The notes beneath the pieces were generated by a model. That model saw nothing but the letters and a program-made list of their open reading frames with translations. It was not told where the DNA came from and did no database searches. The translations under genes and the position numbers were made by a program. Shown here piece by piece: positions 49,217 through 63,160 of a stretch of 64,000 bases of DNA; position 1 is the stretch's first letter; each line of letters starts with the position of its first letter. Source of the DNA: Haplodiscus bocki (lineage: Eukaryota); contig OZ296654.1 in NCBI GenBank assembly GCA_965655095.1, positions 31,372,001 to 31,436,000 on the forward strand. The letters are read 5' to 3'.

Positions 49217-52200
49217 AGTAGAGGGTAAATTGACTACAGGGACAGCGAACCTAAAAAAGATTAACTTTTACTAAACATAACTCCATAAATTAACTCATAT
49301 TACCACAAAAACCCAAAACTCTCAAAAAAACCCCCTCCCGTACATCCTCAAGCTAAAAACGTCAAACTCCCCCATAGCCGTACTTCTAACATAATACCAC
49401 TAGTGTCATGTATGTAGGTTAACGTATATGTAAAGGTACCTTGATTGTCTTGGCTGATGTATAAATTATTGTTTTCGAAAGAGCACCTGTGATTGTCTCA
49501 GGTATTAGTAATGTATAAATTATTGTATTTGTGATTGTAGTCTTTTGCTGACTTTTAGAGATTTCTCAGACATGAGTAAATCTCAGCATCGGTATTGCTC
49601 ATGAATATGAGAAGGAACTAAGACGAAAAAAAAATAAAAAAGATTGAAATTGAATAAATAATAGAAGCGAGACTAAAACCAGAGACGAAGATCAGAGAGC
49701 AAGACCAAGGTCTAAATCGAAGTGAGACGAAATGGTCTCGAATTGTGGTCTCAATCAAGATGCTCTCAGTTTTTCCTCGACATCTTTGCAATTATTTGTC
49801 CGACTGACAAGAATCAGAAACCGTTATGATCCACATTTGAAATTGAATTTTAAATTTTTGTTTCGAAAAGTTATCGACAACAGGGAAAATTATGGTGAAA
49901 TTTTTGAAAAGTTTGGGCCACTATGGATGGTTCACACCCTCATAGGTCAATACAAATCAATGAAATCAATGAAAGTCGCGAGGCGACCCTTTTTGTGTAG
50001 GGGCCCGAAAAACCTAGATTTGTTGTCTGTTTCGGGACTGGTAAAACTTATAACTCGCTCGTGTCGAAGTTACCGGGACTTTGCGAGTGTTTGCAAACTT
50101 TTTAAAGAGTGGTATAAAGAGTGGTACTTAAAATCAACAATATATCAGTTTTTGCCTCCACACATAACACACTTCTTCTTATCGACCAACTTTTTCGGTA
50201 ATTTTGTGAAAATATTTTCACCAACTTATGCCAACAAGTTCTCGTTTTGAAACAATTCGAAATTAAAGGTTGTTTGGACTCATCAAAATTTAAAGATTTG
50301 CTGATTAAATCATCGAGTCGATTAGTATTCTCACATTCAATAGATGTGTAAATTTTTTGGTTATCATACTCAACTTCGCAGTGACCCGTTTATATGGTAG
50401 AAAACTGACATCAAATCCCACAAAAATACCATTTCTTGGTTTTCAGAACATTTTCTTTTACAAACAGAAAACAATATTCACAGGTGCATTGATGTCCACA
50501 TTGTTGAAAGCAATAAAACTTTTCATTCTGAAAACAAACTACACATTTATTTCTCTGATTATCTCAACTGGTTTATTCAGTTACGGTGAGAATTCTTTTC
50601 CCTTTTCATTATCATCAAGAGAAAAAGGATCAAGAGAACCTCCATATTAGTTATTTCTCCAACAGATGGAGCGAAAAGAATTTCACCATCATATTCATCA
50701 TCCTCTGCACTATCATCAATTAAGTAAGTTTACAAAAAACCATCATAAAGTTCAAAAGATGTTTCCATTTCAAATACTTGTTTACGTATTTTTTCACTTT
50801 CTCTGCCGTTAAAAGCTATATAACTTTCACCATTCAAAAATATACGTTTTTGTCAACATATGCGTTAGGATAGGCTGCACGATTTCTTCCCTTAGTAGAA
50901 GTATTTTTGAGAAACTGATCCCCAGGGTTATCAAAAGTCTCTATTTTGTCTTCTAGAAAGATTTATTTAAATTTTTTGGTCTCCTCGGACCCCCAAGTCA
51001 AATACAGTAGTGTTTTTATCCCACAGAGAATGATCATGAGCTCCAGTGAACTCCATCGTCTCCTTAACGTAACCTTTACTAAACATGATTCTGTTACGAG
51101 TGAAGATTTTGATTTCACGACGTTTTTTATCTAGTTGAAAGTTGCGGATGTCTAAATTACCCCTGTGATAAATTAATGCAACATATTTTGGACGGTACTT
51201 ACATTGTTTTGAATAGTATTCCAATCAAAGCCAGGAAAATTGAGGTAAATAATATATACAAAAATGAAATATGAAACGAATCTATTCGAAAGCTATGATG
51301 AATCTCATGATATTTTGGTAAAGAAAAAAGTGCATATTTTAAAACATTTATAGTCTTGGTTTTTATTTTATCTTTATTTTCAACTTACTTACAATTTTCA
51401 CTTCATTTGTGATTTTCAGTTAGATACCTAAATGAAATATACTTCTTCTTTGCAACAAAGACCTAAAACAGGAAATCTTGACTTTACTTCAATATTTTGT
51501 CAGTACAAACTTGGTTTTTGTGTCTCGTTTCATGGAGATTGAATCTATCAATCCGAAATTAACACAAAACAAACAGCAAAAGAACTAAGTTAATCTAATT
51601 CTACAATAAAACTATACAGAACTAATAAAAATATGAAAAATCCATATAGGCTGATCAACTTGGGACCCCAGAGGACTCCAATGAACTCGAAGGTCCGTCA
51701 TCAAAGTAAAGTTCGGACTGAAAACGAAGCAAGAGCAACTAGTTCAAAACTAAATCTTGTGAGGAAAATATGTTATGGACGAATCAAATTTAGATGGAAT
51801 TAATAATATTAAACAATAGAATTAGCGATGCAACTGATCTCCCTAGAGAAAACTGTTAGAACTAATACAATACAAGAGTTGAAAAATATCAGTTCCAACT
51901 CGCAAGTAACACAAGCTAAAAGCAAGAGCAGCTAGCTTTCATGAGTCTGCGAAAGATATCCCCCTAATAAAAAGGCTTTTGGTATAACGGGTGATGATAT
52001 TGTGGAGCTATCTACAGTAAACGATACAATAAAACATAAATTAGGCTCCTTCAATGAGGGTGCGAAGCACCCCTTAGGCGGAAACAATAAAACTCTGTTA
52101 AAAGAGAGTGATGATGAAGAAAGGGCAGCCTTAATTCTGACAAAAATGAAAAAAAAAAACAACTCTTTGAAGAGGATGAATGAGCAACAATATAAGTTGT

Positions 52201-53016
52201 GGTAATATATGGAGAAGGTATATGGACATTTACCGTTTGTAGCAAAAATTTATAATTACCTTAAGGGGTTTTTTGGGACCTGAAGGGTGCTTCGCCCCTT
52301 TTGGACTAGGATATTCTAATTAAAAACGCAGTTAAAGCAAGTGTACAAATACTTTATGATAAATGGTTAATTGATAAAAAGATAATGCTAATGAAGTAGT
52401 GAGAAAGTATTCAGATCCTTCGTTCCCTGGTCAAGAAAAGCCGCTAGGGTTTCCGTAGCTTCTTAGGTTTCACTAAATGGATGACTTCTATGAAAGAGTT
52501 TGGACATAAATATGAAATAAAAAACAAAGCAACTAAAAACTAATATTCAAACAGGTTTTCTCTTCGAAATCGTTGAACGATCTACGGGTGCGAAGTTTCC
52601 TTTGCGTCTTTTCGAAGAGTTGGTCCACCTACAACCAACATGGGAATGGCAAATTTACGACTAGCAAAGGGAAGAAATTGGATTGTCCACAAAAGCCAAA
52701 TTTGTTTTGATTCATATGGAAGTCCCCTACAAGAGCAACTATCTAACTACAGCTAGAAAAGAGATGAATTCTGTTTATAATCGGAGTAAAAGATTCGAGG
52801 ATACTTGGGGATGACTCGAAACGAAAAAATCAAGACAAAGAATTTTACTATGCAGTCCATTGCTCATAAATTTTTCATTCGATCAAAATATTAGCAATCG
52901 ATTCTGAATCACTTGTTTTAATTATGTACTATCAAAGAGTAGCATACCGACCAGAAAACCCGAAAGGTCTCTTTGAGATTTCCTAACTTGACGGAATTAC
53001 TTCAGAACAATAAATG
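49217..53016. mobile_element. Rearranged Polinton/Maverick relic (pPolB pieces, HTH ORF, adenain-like protease)
   Basis: Protease GMANLRLAKGRNWIVHKSQICFDSYGSP (+, ~52643-52725). PolB-like NFKFLFRKVID and GLVKLI (+, 49845-50055). Minus-strand PolB N-terminal-like text 50130-51224. HTH-like INPKLTQNKQQKN/AKEL..STIK.YR (~51535-51650). AGTAG-like start and tgtataaattattg repeats near 49217-49530. Confidence 0.7.
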
Positions 53017-53017
53017 A

Positions 53018-53217
53018 NNNNNNNNNNNNNNNNNNNNNNNNNNNNNNNNNNNNNNNNNNNNNNNNNNNNNNNNNNNNNNNNNNNNNNNNNNNNNNNNNNN
53101 NNNNNNNNNNNNNNNNNNNNNNNNNNNNNNNNNNNNNNNNNNNNNNNNNNNNNNNNNNNNNNNNNNNNNNNNNNNNNNNNNNNNNNNNNNNNNNNNNNNN
53201 NNNNNNNNNNNNNNNNN
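53018..53217. other. Assembly gap (200 N)
   Basis: Run of N. Confidence 1.
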
Positions 53218-54587
53218 AGATTGCCAGAAAAGGAGACTCCGAGGAAAAACTTTTTTTGCAAATATAAATGTCTTTTTTGTAATCAATGTCGCGTTCAAGA
53301 AAGCTTGTGTCAAAAATCTTGAGAAATTTAGTTGAAGAGTTATACTTGAGTTGTAGTTTTATTTTGAAATGAGAAACGAGTTTTTCTAAAGTTAAGAATT
53401 GGCATGCCAGCATGAGGGAAATACTGAGTCATCCACATATCCCCAAAACGACGACTATGTGTTATATGTATGAAGCTAATTATAGTGATTAAGATCTTAA
53501 TGCAATTTCTGTAGCTAAATAACACCTAAAGGTATAAATGCAACGATGTCATATTACTTCCTTCTCCCCCGGGTATGAACGCGACTACGTATTATTTAAA
53601 ACGCTATGTAGTATGTAAAACCAAGTATCGCTGAGCATATTACAAATTAGCTGTTCCTCAACATCAACACCAATTGTGCAGAAATGACATGATAACACAG
53701 ACTAGACAGGTGCTAGATTCTGATTGAAGTTTCAAGGTCAAAATGCACATGAGGAGAACTAGAAGACACCGGTAAGCTTAGTCCGTGAATCTGCAATAAT
53801 TACAAGTGCCTTCTGTAATGCAGTAATTGGACTATATAGACTTGTATTGAGCTGAATATGCACCACATCGGAAAACATCCATTCCGATGTTTTCACTCCG
53901 AAATCCATTCTGTTATAAGCGAACACAGAGACTCTCAACTAGAGAGAGATATAGCAAAAGATAAAACAAAAGCAGAACGGATTTGGGAGAAAGTAGGGAT
54001 TCACATCCTTTTCCATCCGTCCAAGATAGAAAACGGTAGACATTGACTCCGCAACTGAACTGCCGAGAGAAACTGATGAACAGAGAACATGAGTATATCC
54101 TAGACGACACTCAACGGTTTCGGTCGGAGGATCAGCCTGCACTAGATCTCAGACGTTTACCGATATCTGGGAGTTTATTAGTAAAACACGTAAAACTAGA
54201 ATGTCCAGAATGCTTGAATAAATGTAATCAGACATTTTCCGATGTCTGTACAATGAAAAAACGGATGTATCAACTCTAGGACATATTCCGACTTCCCATA
54301 AAAACAATAGCCGCATACGGTGTGGACTAATACAGAACTAGCTTGCACATCAAGAACACAGACATTTTCTGATGTCTGAAAAAATTAGCAATATCGCAGA
54401 ACTAAAGCACGGACTTTTTCTGATATAATACAAAAAATGAACCCGGACACCCCCGAGTGAGTATTTGGACCCAAATACCGTTGATTGATATCTTATTTAG
54501 CCTTTTGTTCGACGATTCGGAGCTTTTTTTACTCCAAATTTACTTTATGCACATATAGTGCTGAATTTTGCATAGACCTCGTGCATT

Positions 54588-55431
54588 TGTCGCTGTAGCG
54601 GCGGATTTGCTCGTCACTTAGTAGTCACACTTATTAGTTAAATAGCATTTAGGCCAATGAGCTAATAAGAGCTCACCGTTAGTAAGAATGGCGTTTTACA
54701 CACGGTCACGTGACCGCGTAATTCCGAACGCGAACAGCAAATCTGCAGTAACCTCAGTAGCCAGAGAATCATCAGACTAACCACGTGGTAACTAGTGAAA
54801 CGAGAAATATTACGTATTACAAGCAGTGACTTAACAAACCTTGAGATGAACAATACTTACAACAATAAACTGTGACTATTTGAGGATTTTGCACGTGATA
54901 GAACTTGACCAGAAAATCTCTTGGCTTGTTAATACGCGTTCAATTCGATACAACGTTTTGCATCGTCAATTATTTTTGCTGTTGTAAACTCCAGAAAACC
55001 CTCTAAATTTGCAAAATTTATCGGCCCAAATCAAATATTAGCTTATGCCGATTGTATGAGTTTCTCCAACAAGTTTACGACGTTAAGAAGTGGAAACTCG
55101 TACAATTCAAGAACGCAACCAGAAATGTCAGCACACGAAGGAAAAGTAACAGAAAAAGTACAGACAGTCACAATTGAGGGAAACGAAGAGAATAGCATGA
55201 GTTTCTCACCAGATTTAGTCAATGAGAGGATGAAGGCGAGCCTTGAACCTGTACAAGCGCAAATCTCTCAATTTACTGAAATGATGGATCGCTTGATCCA
55301 GAATAACTGGGCAAAAGAATTTTCTAAGGCCAGTTCCCGAGTAACACGACACCAATATGAATCACCCTACAGTGGAGTACCGGGATCCCCTAAATTGGCA
55401 CCACTTACCACCGCAGAATACTTGCCCGACA
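54588..55431 (+). mobile_element. Solo-LTR-like unit (844 bp) containing an ORF start
   Basis: 5-bp inverted termini TGTCG...CGACA. ORF 55056 (TLRSGNSY...MKASLEPVQAQISQFTEMMDRLIQ) is open through the terminal CA. Flanks gcatt/acaat are at best a decayed TSD. Confidence 0.55.
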
Positions 55432-55899
55432 ACAATGGAAGTACAGACTTAGAAAAGCAAGGTTCAACGAGCCCAAGCAACGAGCCAAAGCAACGAGGAT
55501 GATTTTTCATTAGGCTTCTAAAAGCGTTATCAACTTTATGACCATTTAATGAAACTCGCTCTCATTGGACAGAAGATATACTTCATAACTGGCCTGGCAA
55601 AATCCAACGGGCAGCTTTTTGAAAAAAAATTTCATTTTTATCGTAAATCGATTGTGATATTGCAAACGCTGTCAACATCGACAGCCCGGTTTTTTGGCCT
55701 GCCACAAAATTATTGCTTCAGCAAAAGTCGAAGCCCAAACTGTGGTTATTCAATCTTCCTCTCATTGTTTTTAACAGACCATAAGGAATTGCTTTGAAAA
55801 TCTTTCATCTTTTATCGCTCTCTTTTAACTCGGAAAAAACTGAAAAAAAACGTGCGTATGGAAACCAGTATCTTTCGGGAAAAAATATTGAAGAAGCCG

Positions 55900-58800
55900 T
55901 GATCAAGTAGGGGAGTCAAAACAAAGCGTTCTTTCATTGAGAGCGTCATATAGCGCTCCTTATGTTAAACGAAAAAATATCTGAAAAAGTGGATAACATA
56001 TTCATAGATAGGTTCATTGTTTTGCAAATTCAACTTTTTATAGAACTCGGCATTCACTATTTATGAATAGGAAAAAAATGCAATAAAACCATTGAATGTT
56101 CCTCCAAAAAATTGCAACGATAATCCTTCCGCAACCGTAGGTGAACATGATGGCTCTCAAAATCCTGTCGTGGAACCATGCGGCAACCCCATATACAACC
56201 TCTGGTGCTACGTAAAAGGGCAAAAATGTTTTTCGTCCGAATGTTGGTTGTCGCTTACAGTGGCTACCCTGGCTTTTCTCGTTGACCGGTAAGGCACGCT
56301 TGAAAGTTTTATTGAAGGCAGGAATTCCCATATTTCCTTCAATTGCAAAAAAGATGGCTTGAATGGGCCACATTCTACAACTGGTATTCTTCGTTCCTAA
56401 TTTCATTTTTTCAGCAATTGATGGAATTCGTAAGCATTTTGATATCCTTTGGACAAAATTCTGGAATTGCAATGAAGTTGTAACGCGTGGAAGTACGTTT
56501 TGCAAGGACTGCTCTCAATGGGCCGCTTGTTTGGATATGGAAATGAGCTGCATCTTCAGTACAGGTTAGTGCAAGATCGAAGAAACCCAATCCCTGGCGG
56601 GAAATTTTTAGCTCTACATCGATGTCATAGGCAACTCTTTTTTTGAGGTTTCGTCAGAGGAGAAGAATTGCTAATCTCAGCAATTGACATGTGAATATAA
56701 TTTATTTTCCGGACTGCATGAATTGATAACAGTGAAAGGGTCTCCACAAGCATATTTCTAGGGTTTTTTTTATTAGGTTCCCTGCTGTACGTCAACGCAA
56801 GAGCTTCGTAAAATTCTGACATGGTAAGCTTGAGGCCGTATCGTATCAGAGGCAAGGCGGCCGGCCAGCTCTGTGCTCTTTCTTCTGAAGGTAGCCAGAC
56901 AGTTTATAGTTGACTTGCAACTACCTTGTTTTTTGGGGCGCCTTTTTTGTCTGCCAAATTACTGTGTTAGCTAAAAATCTGATGTACTTTTTTACATTGC
57001 TTTGTTTCGACAACAAAAACGTTTTCATCGTCTGATTGTGAAGTCATCACCGCCGACCAGTTCGTTGCTCCTATCATCTGGTGCGAGGATGTTCAAGCCA
57101 CTCTTGGTCAACAGCAGAGAGAAGAAGAATCGCTCCGCGGCGTTGAAAGGGCGTTGGCCGGTGACTTTTGGTATCAGTTTACGTTTAATCATCAATTCAG
57201 TGTTCTTGAGAGCTTTTATGAGGACGGTGTTTTGTATGAGAAAGAGGTCAGCTTATCTTGAAGGTCGCTGGTGAGTAGATGAGAAATATTTTGCAGGGTT
57301 GTTTTGCCTGGTACCCAGGTTCGTGAATCATTTGCGTTAACTTCGCTAATTTCTTCAACTAGAACGTTTCTGACAAGTTCGTTAATCCGGTGAAGGACCC
57401 TCGGACACCGTTTTTTTCAATTGTTTCGATATATACATCTCATCTCTTAATATTTCCTTGCCTGATCTGTGAAAACATTTTGGCCATCAAGTGGCATTTG
57501 TTGATGATATATCAGAAAAATGATCCCTGGTGTTGATAATTATGAATTCAACTCTGAACCAATTTAACACTCGCTACTACGCTTTTCTGGGCCATATGTC
57601 AATTGTGAGTCACATATGTCTTTTCAAGGAGAACCGTGACGGGAATTGATGCTTTGTAAGGTATACTTTGGTAAGGGGTCACCTGGAACCATTACCTTTT
57701 GTGTAAAACGATTTTCACCGTTGAAATTTAAAACTCCCGCCGCTCTGTGGGATCTTTGCGGAACTCTAGCTGTCACCGGACTTAGGTTTTTGTTATTCGG
57801 CGACTCTAATTTTCAGTTCAGGCTGTTGAAGGCATCTATCATTTCGATCATAAAGATCGCTTGGTTTTCCTTTCGACAAAACTTTTTTCACAGTTTTTGA
57901 ATGCATGTTCAAGACCAAAACTTTGACCCAGACGAAGCTTTCTGTTGTGATCTAAAATATTCAGGTCGTTGCTGATACATCTTAGATAACTCCTTCCGAT
58001 GAGGCGCCTCACTTGTTCATCTAGCTGAAATGGTCGTACAAATGGGCTTCTTAACAAAAACATTTCCTCCGTAGGCAGTGTAGGCGTTCCAATGCCATCA
58101 TGGAGGTTATCAGAAGCTAAACGGGTAAACAAATAATGGAAGTTCTTTCCGAAATTTGTCTACGACTGACCAAAAAGTGGAAACCATCGGCAGTAGTCGT
58201 TCGAAAACTCATAATGTTCTAAAAATCACCAAGAAACTGTTCCATCTTTTAAACAATAAGTCTAGCAAAGGTGGTGACTTGATGTTGAAGAGCTCCGACA
58301 AGGTTACTCGTGAAGTCCACGGGCTCAGGATGTTTTTCTTGGATTTTGTACACGGCTTTCTTTTTTTTCTTATACCCATGGAGTGAAAACACAGCCACTT
58401 TCTGTGTCTCGTCGAGTAATAGTGCGGTGATGGAAACACTACCAACGGTTACCTTCGGATCAAAGTTTTCACCATTTAGTAGCCAGTCAGTCACTTTATT
58501 TTTTGAGCCTTTTCTGGCAATGCCTAGACCTCTTTGGAGAAAGCTTCATATCTACCGTTCAGCCACTAATGCGATCGTTTATCTATAGTTTTATGGACTA
58601 AAGTCTTGTGAGTGCCCCCAAACTAAGAAAAAATCAAGTAGGGCACGAACACTGCTAACTTTCAGTCTTGAATGAGAAACACTTTCAAAAACAATTGTGT
58701 TTTCAGATCATTCTTCATAAATGAAAAAGAGAGTATCGCTGAAGAAGTTTTCTTATTCGTCTTACTCAGTATGACAATTTTTGGTCACCAATGGAGGACT

Positions 58801-59100
58801 ATCATATTACATAATTCGAAGAATTGAATGTTTTTCGATGGGAGACTGCTCCAGAGCTCTGCTGCTTGTACTCCATTTGCTTCCATACGATTTGCTGTCA
58901 ATGCGGTTCCTGGAGTTGCAGATACTATGGCTCGCTTAAATTTGAGGCAACTGCAGCCTATGCAGTCAGAACCAATATAATGATCCTTACTACACGAGAA
59001 CCTGCAGCATTGCACCATACACCCCCTCCTCGAAATTGAATATCAGCCTTGACCACCTCGTGTTTGATCTGACAATTTAGTGAGAGAACGCGAAAGCTTC
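55900..59100 (-). mobile_element. Degenerate BEL/Pao LTR retrotransposon
   Basis: gag knuckles CRFSCSKDHYIGSDCIGC (58785-59018); RT-like KSPPLLDLLFKRW (58209-58445); integrase AEISNSSPLT (56625-56855); C-terminal CRMWPIQAIFF..LPFYVAPEVVYG (56038-56505). Confidence 0.75.
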
Positions 59101-59399
59101 CAGGTCAGTCAAAAACTTTAATTTTCAACAATATACTCATACAATTTTACAGATGAAGTAATCAAGGTGAAAATAAAAGTCACCGGCAAAAAAAGGTTTT
59201 CCGAGGAACAGTAATGGGATTCAATATGATGGGACAGATCATTTTCAAGGTCACAATAGGAATTGGTACAAAAAAATTGAAAAATTAGGACAAGTTATTT
59301 GATTGATCGACTGTAATTCACTGTCCTCTAAAAAGACACAGAGCGGCCATAAACTAGTTGATTTGAGTTTCTAGTTTTCTTTCCAAACAATTCATAGTC

Positions 59400-62300
59400 T
59401 CTTATCTTTAAATGGTGACAAGTAGAGCATTCCAAACAAAAGCACCAGATGTTTTAAGAAGCGTGTGGCCAAAACTAGTAATATTCCAAGGGTATTTCAA
59501 GATGCAGAGAGTTGTCAAGCCAAACCCAAACAGAGTAACTCGATCAACCTTTTTTGTGTCAAAGTTTAAATAGGCAAAAAGCATGTGGCAGATTATGACA
59601 AATAAGAAAACAAGAGGGTACATATTTTTAGCTGATCCTTTTATTAGCTGTTAGCTGGTATAGCCTCTCTAATATTGGTAGTGCATCAGTGTTTCTATCA
59701 ACCAAGAAACGCAGAGGTCCATCTTGACTTTGAATTCGTTGTTATCTCAGTGAGACGTATTATGAAATCCGATTTAACAAAGCTCTTAAAAAGTCCAGAC
59801 AAATAAGGACAGTCGTCTTAACTAAACGTTTCAAAAAGTCACAGCTCAATTGAGGTCTGATCGAATATATTTTGATCAGATGATAATAACGACTGGCACA
59901 TCTAGTGTTTGACAGTCTGGAAACTGACAAAGTGCAATGAGGGAAGACTCCTTGGAGTTTTGTGGATTTCAAAATCAGTAAATGTTGGTCAAAGAAGATT
60001 AAAAAAACATGCATTCAGTATTGTTTTGTCGGATTTTGAAATGCTCTGCAAATTTGTTATTTCTGTCTTTTGTTTTATGGATATTGAAGAACCAGTGAGC
60101 GTTTCTGAAGACCACACTCAGCAGTTTGAAATGACTCCTTACGAAATTTACTGCACTTTTCAAAAAATAATGTTTTGCTTTCCTTATTGATGTGATATGG
60201 TGTTTCGAAAGAATGTAGTATATTCTATAAAAAGGCCTCAAAAAAATCAAAACTAGGTTGTGACTGTAGCACAGTTCTAAACCCAAAAAAGCAATATAAC
60301 GCATTTCCACAGGCGAGAGTTTGAAATAGGAGGTGAACTAGTTTCAGTTGAGTGAGAAGCTTTGTAGACCAATTGCAAGGGGTCATATATTTTGCACGGA
60401 CTTACGAATTCAATTAGTTGAAAGACAACAGTTGTTCCTCTGTCTCTGAGGAAAATTGTCATTTTGTAATTGGCCAGGTGTTCAAACTTTCATCATAGAG
60501 CAGAAAAAAAGACAACATTTTGTTTCAAATCCGACCTTAAATCAAATTCATACTAATCGACAAGCGGCCAAGCGGTGGGAGCACCATTATACATTCAATC
60601 GACATTTTCAATTAAAACTTTTGCTTTTATCGTGTGCAGCAAGGACAACATTGGTGAACTACGTTCCGAGAAAAAACCGGACTGCCAGTGATTTGGGTGG
60701 TTTTTTGTTTTTCCATGGATTTCCATCGATCAGCAGAAGCACTCAAAACCAACTTGGAACAAGCAATAAGATGCAATCGTTCCATTTATGGGTTCAGAGA
60801 GTTTTTATTCAAAATTGCGTTGCAATTGCGACCTCCCCTCCCCCAAACGTTAATGCTGAAGTTAATCAATGGCCTTTTCGTATTGTTATAACGTTGGAGC
60901 GACTCGTAGCATTTAAAACCTAAATTTTTACTTTTGGTATTAAAAGAGTTGCTGCGGCCTTATTTTCACAAAGTCTTCATCATGGTTCCCGAAGCGCACC
61001 CAATTGTCAATTGTGTCGCTAAAATCAAACGCGTTCGTGTTGATCGATTCTATGAACAATGGGAGTAGGTGATATTATTTCCTTTCGAATGAATAACTTT
61101 GATTGTTTGCAATTTTCATAGAAACACAATGATTTGAGCACTTCTAGAAGATGTCCGATAGTGTGCATTCCGCAGAATCAACGGAACTGTAATGACCGGC
61201 AAGTTTGCTTGTAGCATCATACGAAAATTTTACAAGGAACCATTGATCATAGCTCAATTGAAAGCCGTGATAAAAAACTTTGAAGAAAAGGCCGCTACAC
61301 TTTTTCCTGTGGGAGGCCCACATTGATTTTTTTTGTCAGAAATTACCTTTTTTGCTATTGTTTCATGCTTTTGCTTCCACCATTCAATCTGGAAGAGAGC
61401 CAAAGTTTCTATCTTTTTCCTAAACGCATAAACAAGTGTTTTAAAAAGTGACAAGTTGGAAAAGATCAAATGCACAAAAATGTATCTGGTTTTGTTTCAT
61501 ATTACTTGGTGAACATGCTTGTGTGACGACAAAGGTTGACATTTTAATGTAACAGGGTTGCCAAGTGTGCATTCTGCTCGATAAGGAATCAGGGAAGGTT
61601 TTCAGGTCCACAACCACACCTAGAAAAGCACAAAGGACACGATAAAACTGATGAAACGTGATTTCGTAACTATGAAACTTTAATTACGCTGTTGAAAAGA
61701 AAAAACATAAGCAAGAAGTTGATAACTTTCTGAAAAGTTCATTGACACCGTTTGCAAGAAATTTTGTAGACAAAATATCACATTTCCTAATTCTTGATAC
61801 CGATTCCAGCTTTTGCCACGATAAAATTGTTCCGTTAACGCTTCTTTGTCAAGTTTTTCAAAGGAGAATTGCACTCTGATATTGTTCATCCATGGATCAC
61901 GCTTGGTTGTGTTTGGGCGTTTTCTACTGCTCGCGAATAACTCACTTATTATGTGTCTTAATGTAATCAATATCAGCACCATACATTGTGACAAAGATTC
62001 TCAAACAAATTGCGTCTCTTTTCCATTTCATAAGTTATTAGATCAAAATTTATAAAAATCGGAATGAAAAGGCCAATTTTCAGTGGAGATGGGAAAACAC
62101 CTTTGCTGGTGAACGTAATCAAAACATCCAGGCGATTGTGTCAAGAGCATAGCCTCAAGACAAACAGTGGATAAACACTGTCTATTATGCAGGGCAGACA
62201 ACATATGGAAAAAATCTTACTCCAAATGAACTCAGAATCAATATTAGTAAATTTTTCTTTTACGCTTTGCTGTGTAGTTTCACAGGCACTCAAAATTTAA

Positions 62301-62900
62301 ACACTCAACTTTCTGATTTTGTCGAAATGATCACCCAGTTGCTGCTGGAAATTTGACAACGAAATCAGACAGAAGTGTGGTCGAGATTGATTGGAGGAGA
62401 AAGATCACCTTCCTCCGAAAGTTGTCAATTGCTTGTTTCTTTGACTGCGATGAGTTCGCAAACTTCAACTTTGGCTCCACAAAGCAAAATCGCTCGTGAT
62501 CAAGTGAACATTTTTCATGGTAGCTTGTTTGAACAGATAATACCAGGTGCGGCCTGGTTGGTTTCTGTATTGTCATGTTTTTTCCAACGTTTTCTTCCGG
62601 CAGTGCTGTATAGAAAAACAAACCGTTGTGTTGTGGGGTGAAAAAATATTCGTTGTCAGGTACAAGCTTATCATTTGTCTGTCAATTGAGTTGAGAAAAC
62701 CTTCAGACATCCTATCCTTAGTGGTATCAGCTGATATCAGCGGCCCGAAGACACACTCCCGCTCAAAAGAACAATTTTCCAACTCGACGCAGTGCCATCG
62801 TGGTCTGCACATTTTTTAAATGTCGCAAAATGGGATGCGTTTACGGGGAAAACTATCCCATAAGTGATCAGAACAAGAAAAAACAATTCCGTCAAAATCT
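59400..62900 (-). mobile_element. Highly degenerate LINE (ORF1, APE, RT remnants)
   Basis: ORF1-like VGK..QKPTRPHLVLSV (62331-62621); APE-end-like 61680-61994; RT remnants SNVITIRKG (~60890) and LG.L...LYDE (~60500-60580). Confidence 0.5.
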
Positions 62901-63160
62901 GTCAATCAATTGTTAAAATTCGAGCTCACAAATTCAAGCGTTTTGCCAATTGTTTCGGAAAAAGTACAAACTGCTTAATACCGTTTTTATTGAGAAAATC
63001 AAGCTCAGTAAATTGAAACACGTTTACTCTGAAGTGTGGATTCGAATCTCCGGGAGAGATAATACTCCTCACAGGTGAATCTTCCTAAATATCCAAAAGT
63101 TCATCAAGAGACTGTCAACATTGCCATCAGTTGGCCGAGAAAAATAGATTTGACCAGCAA

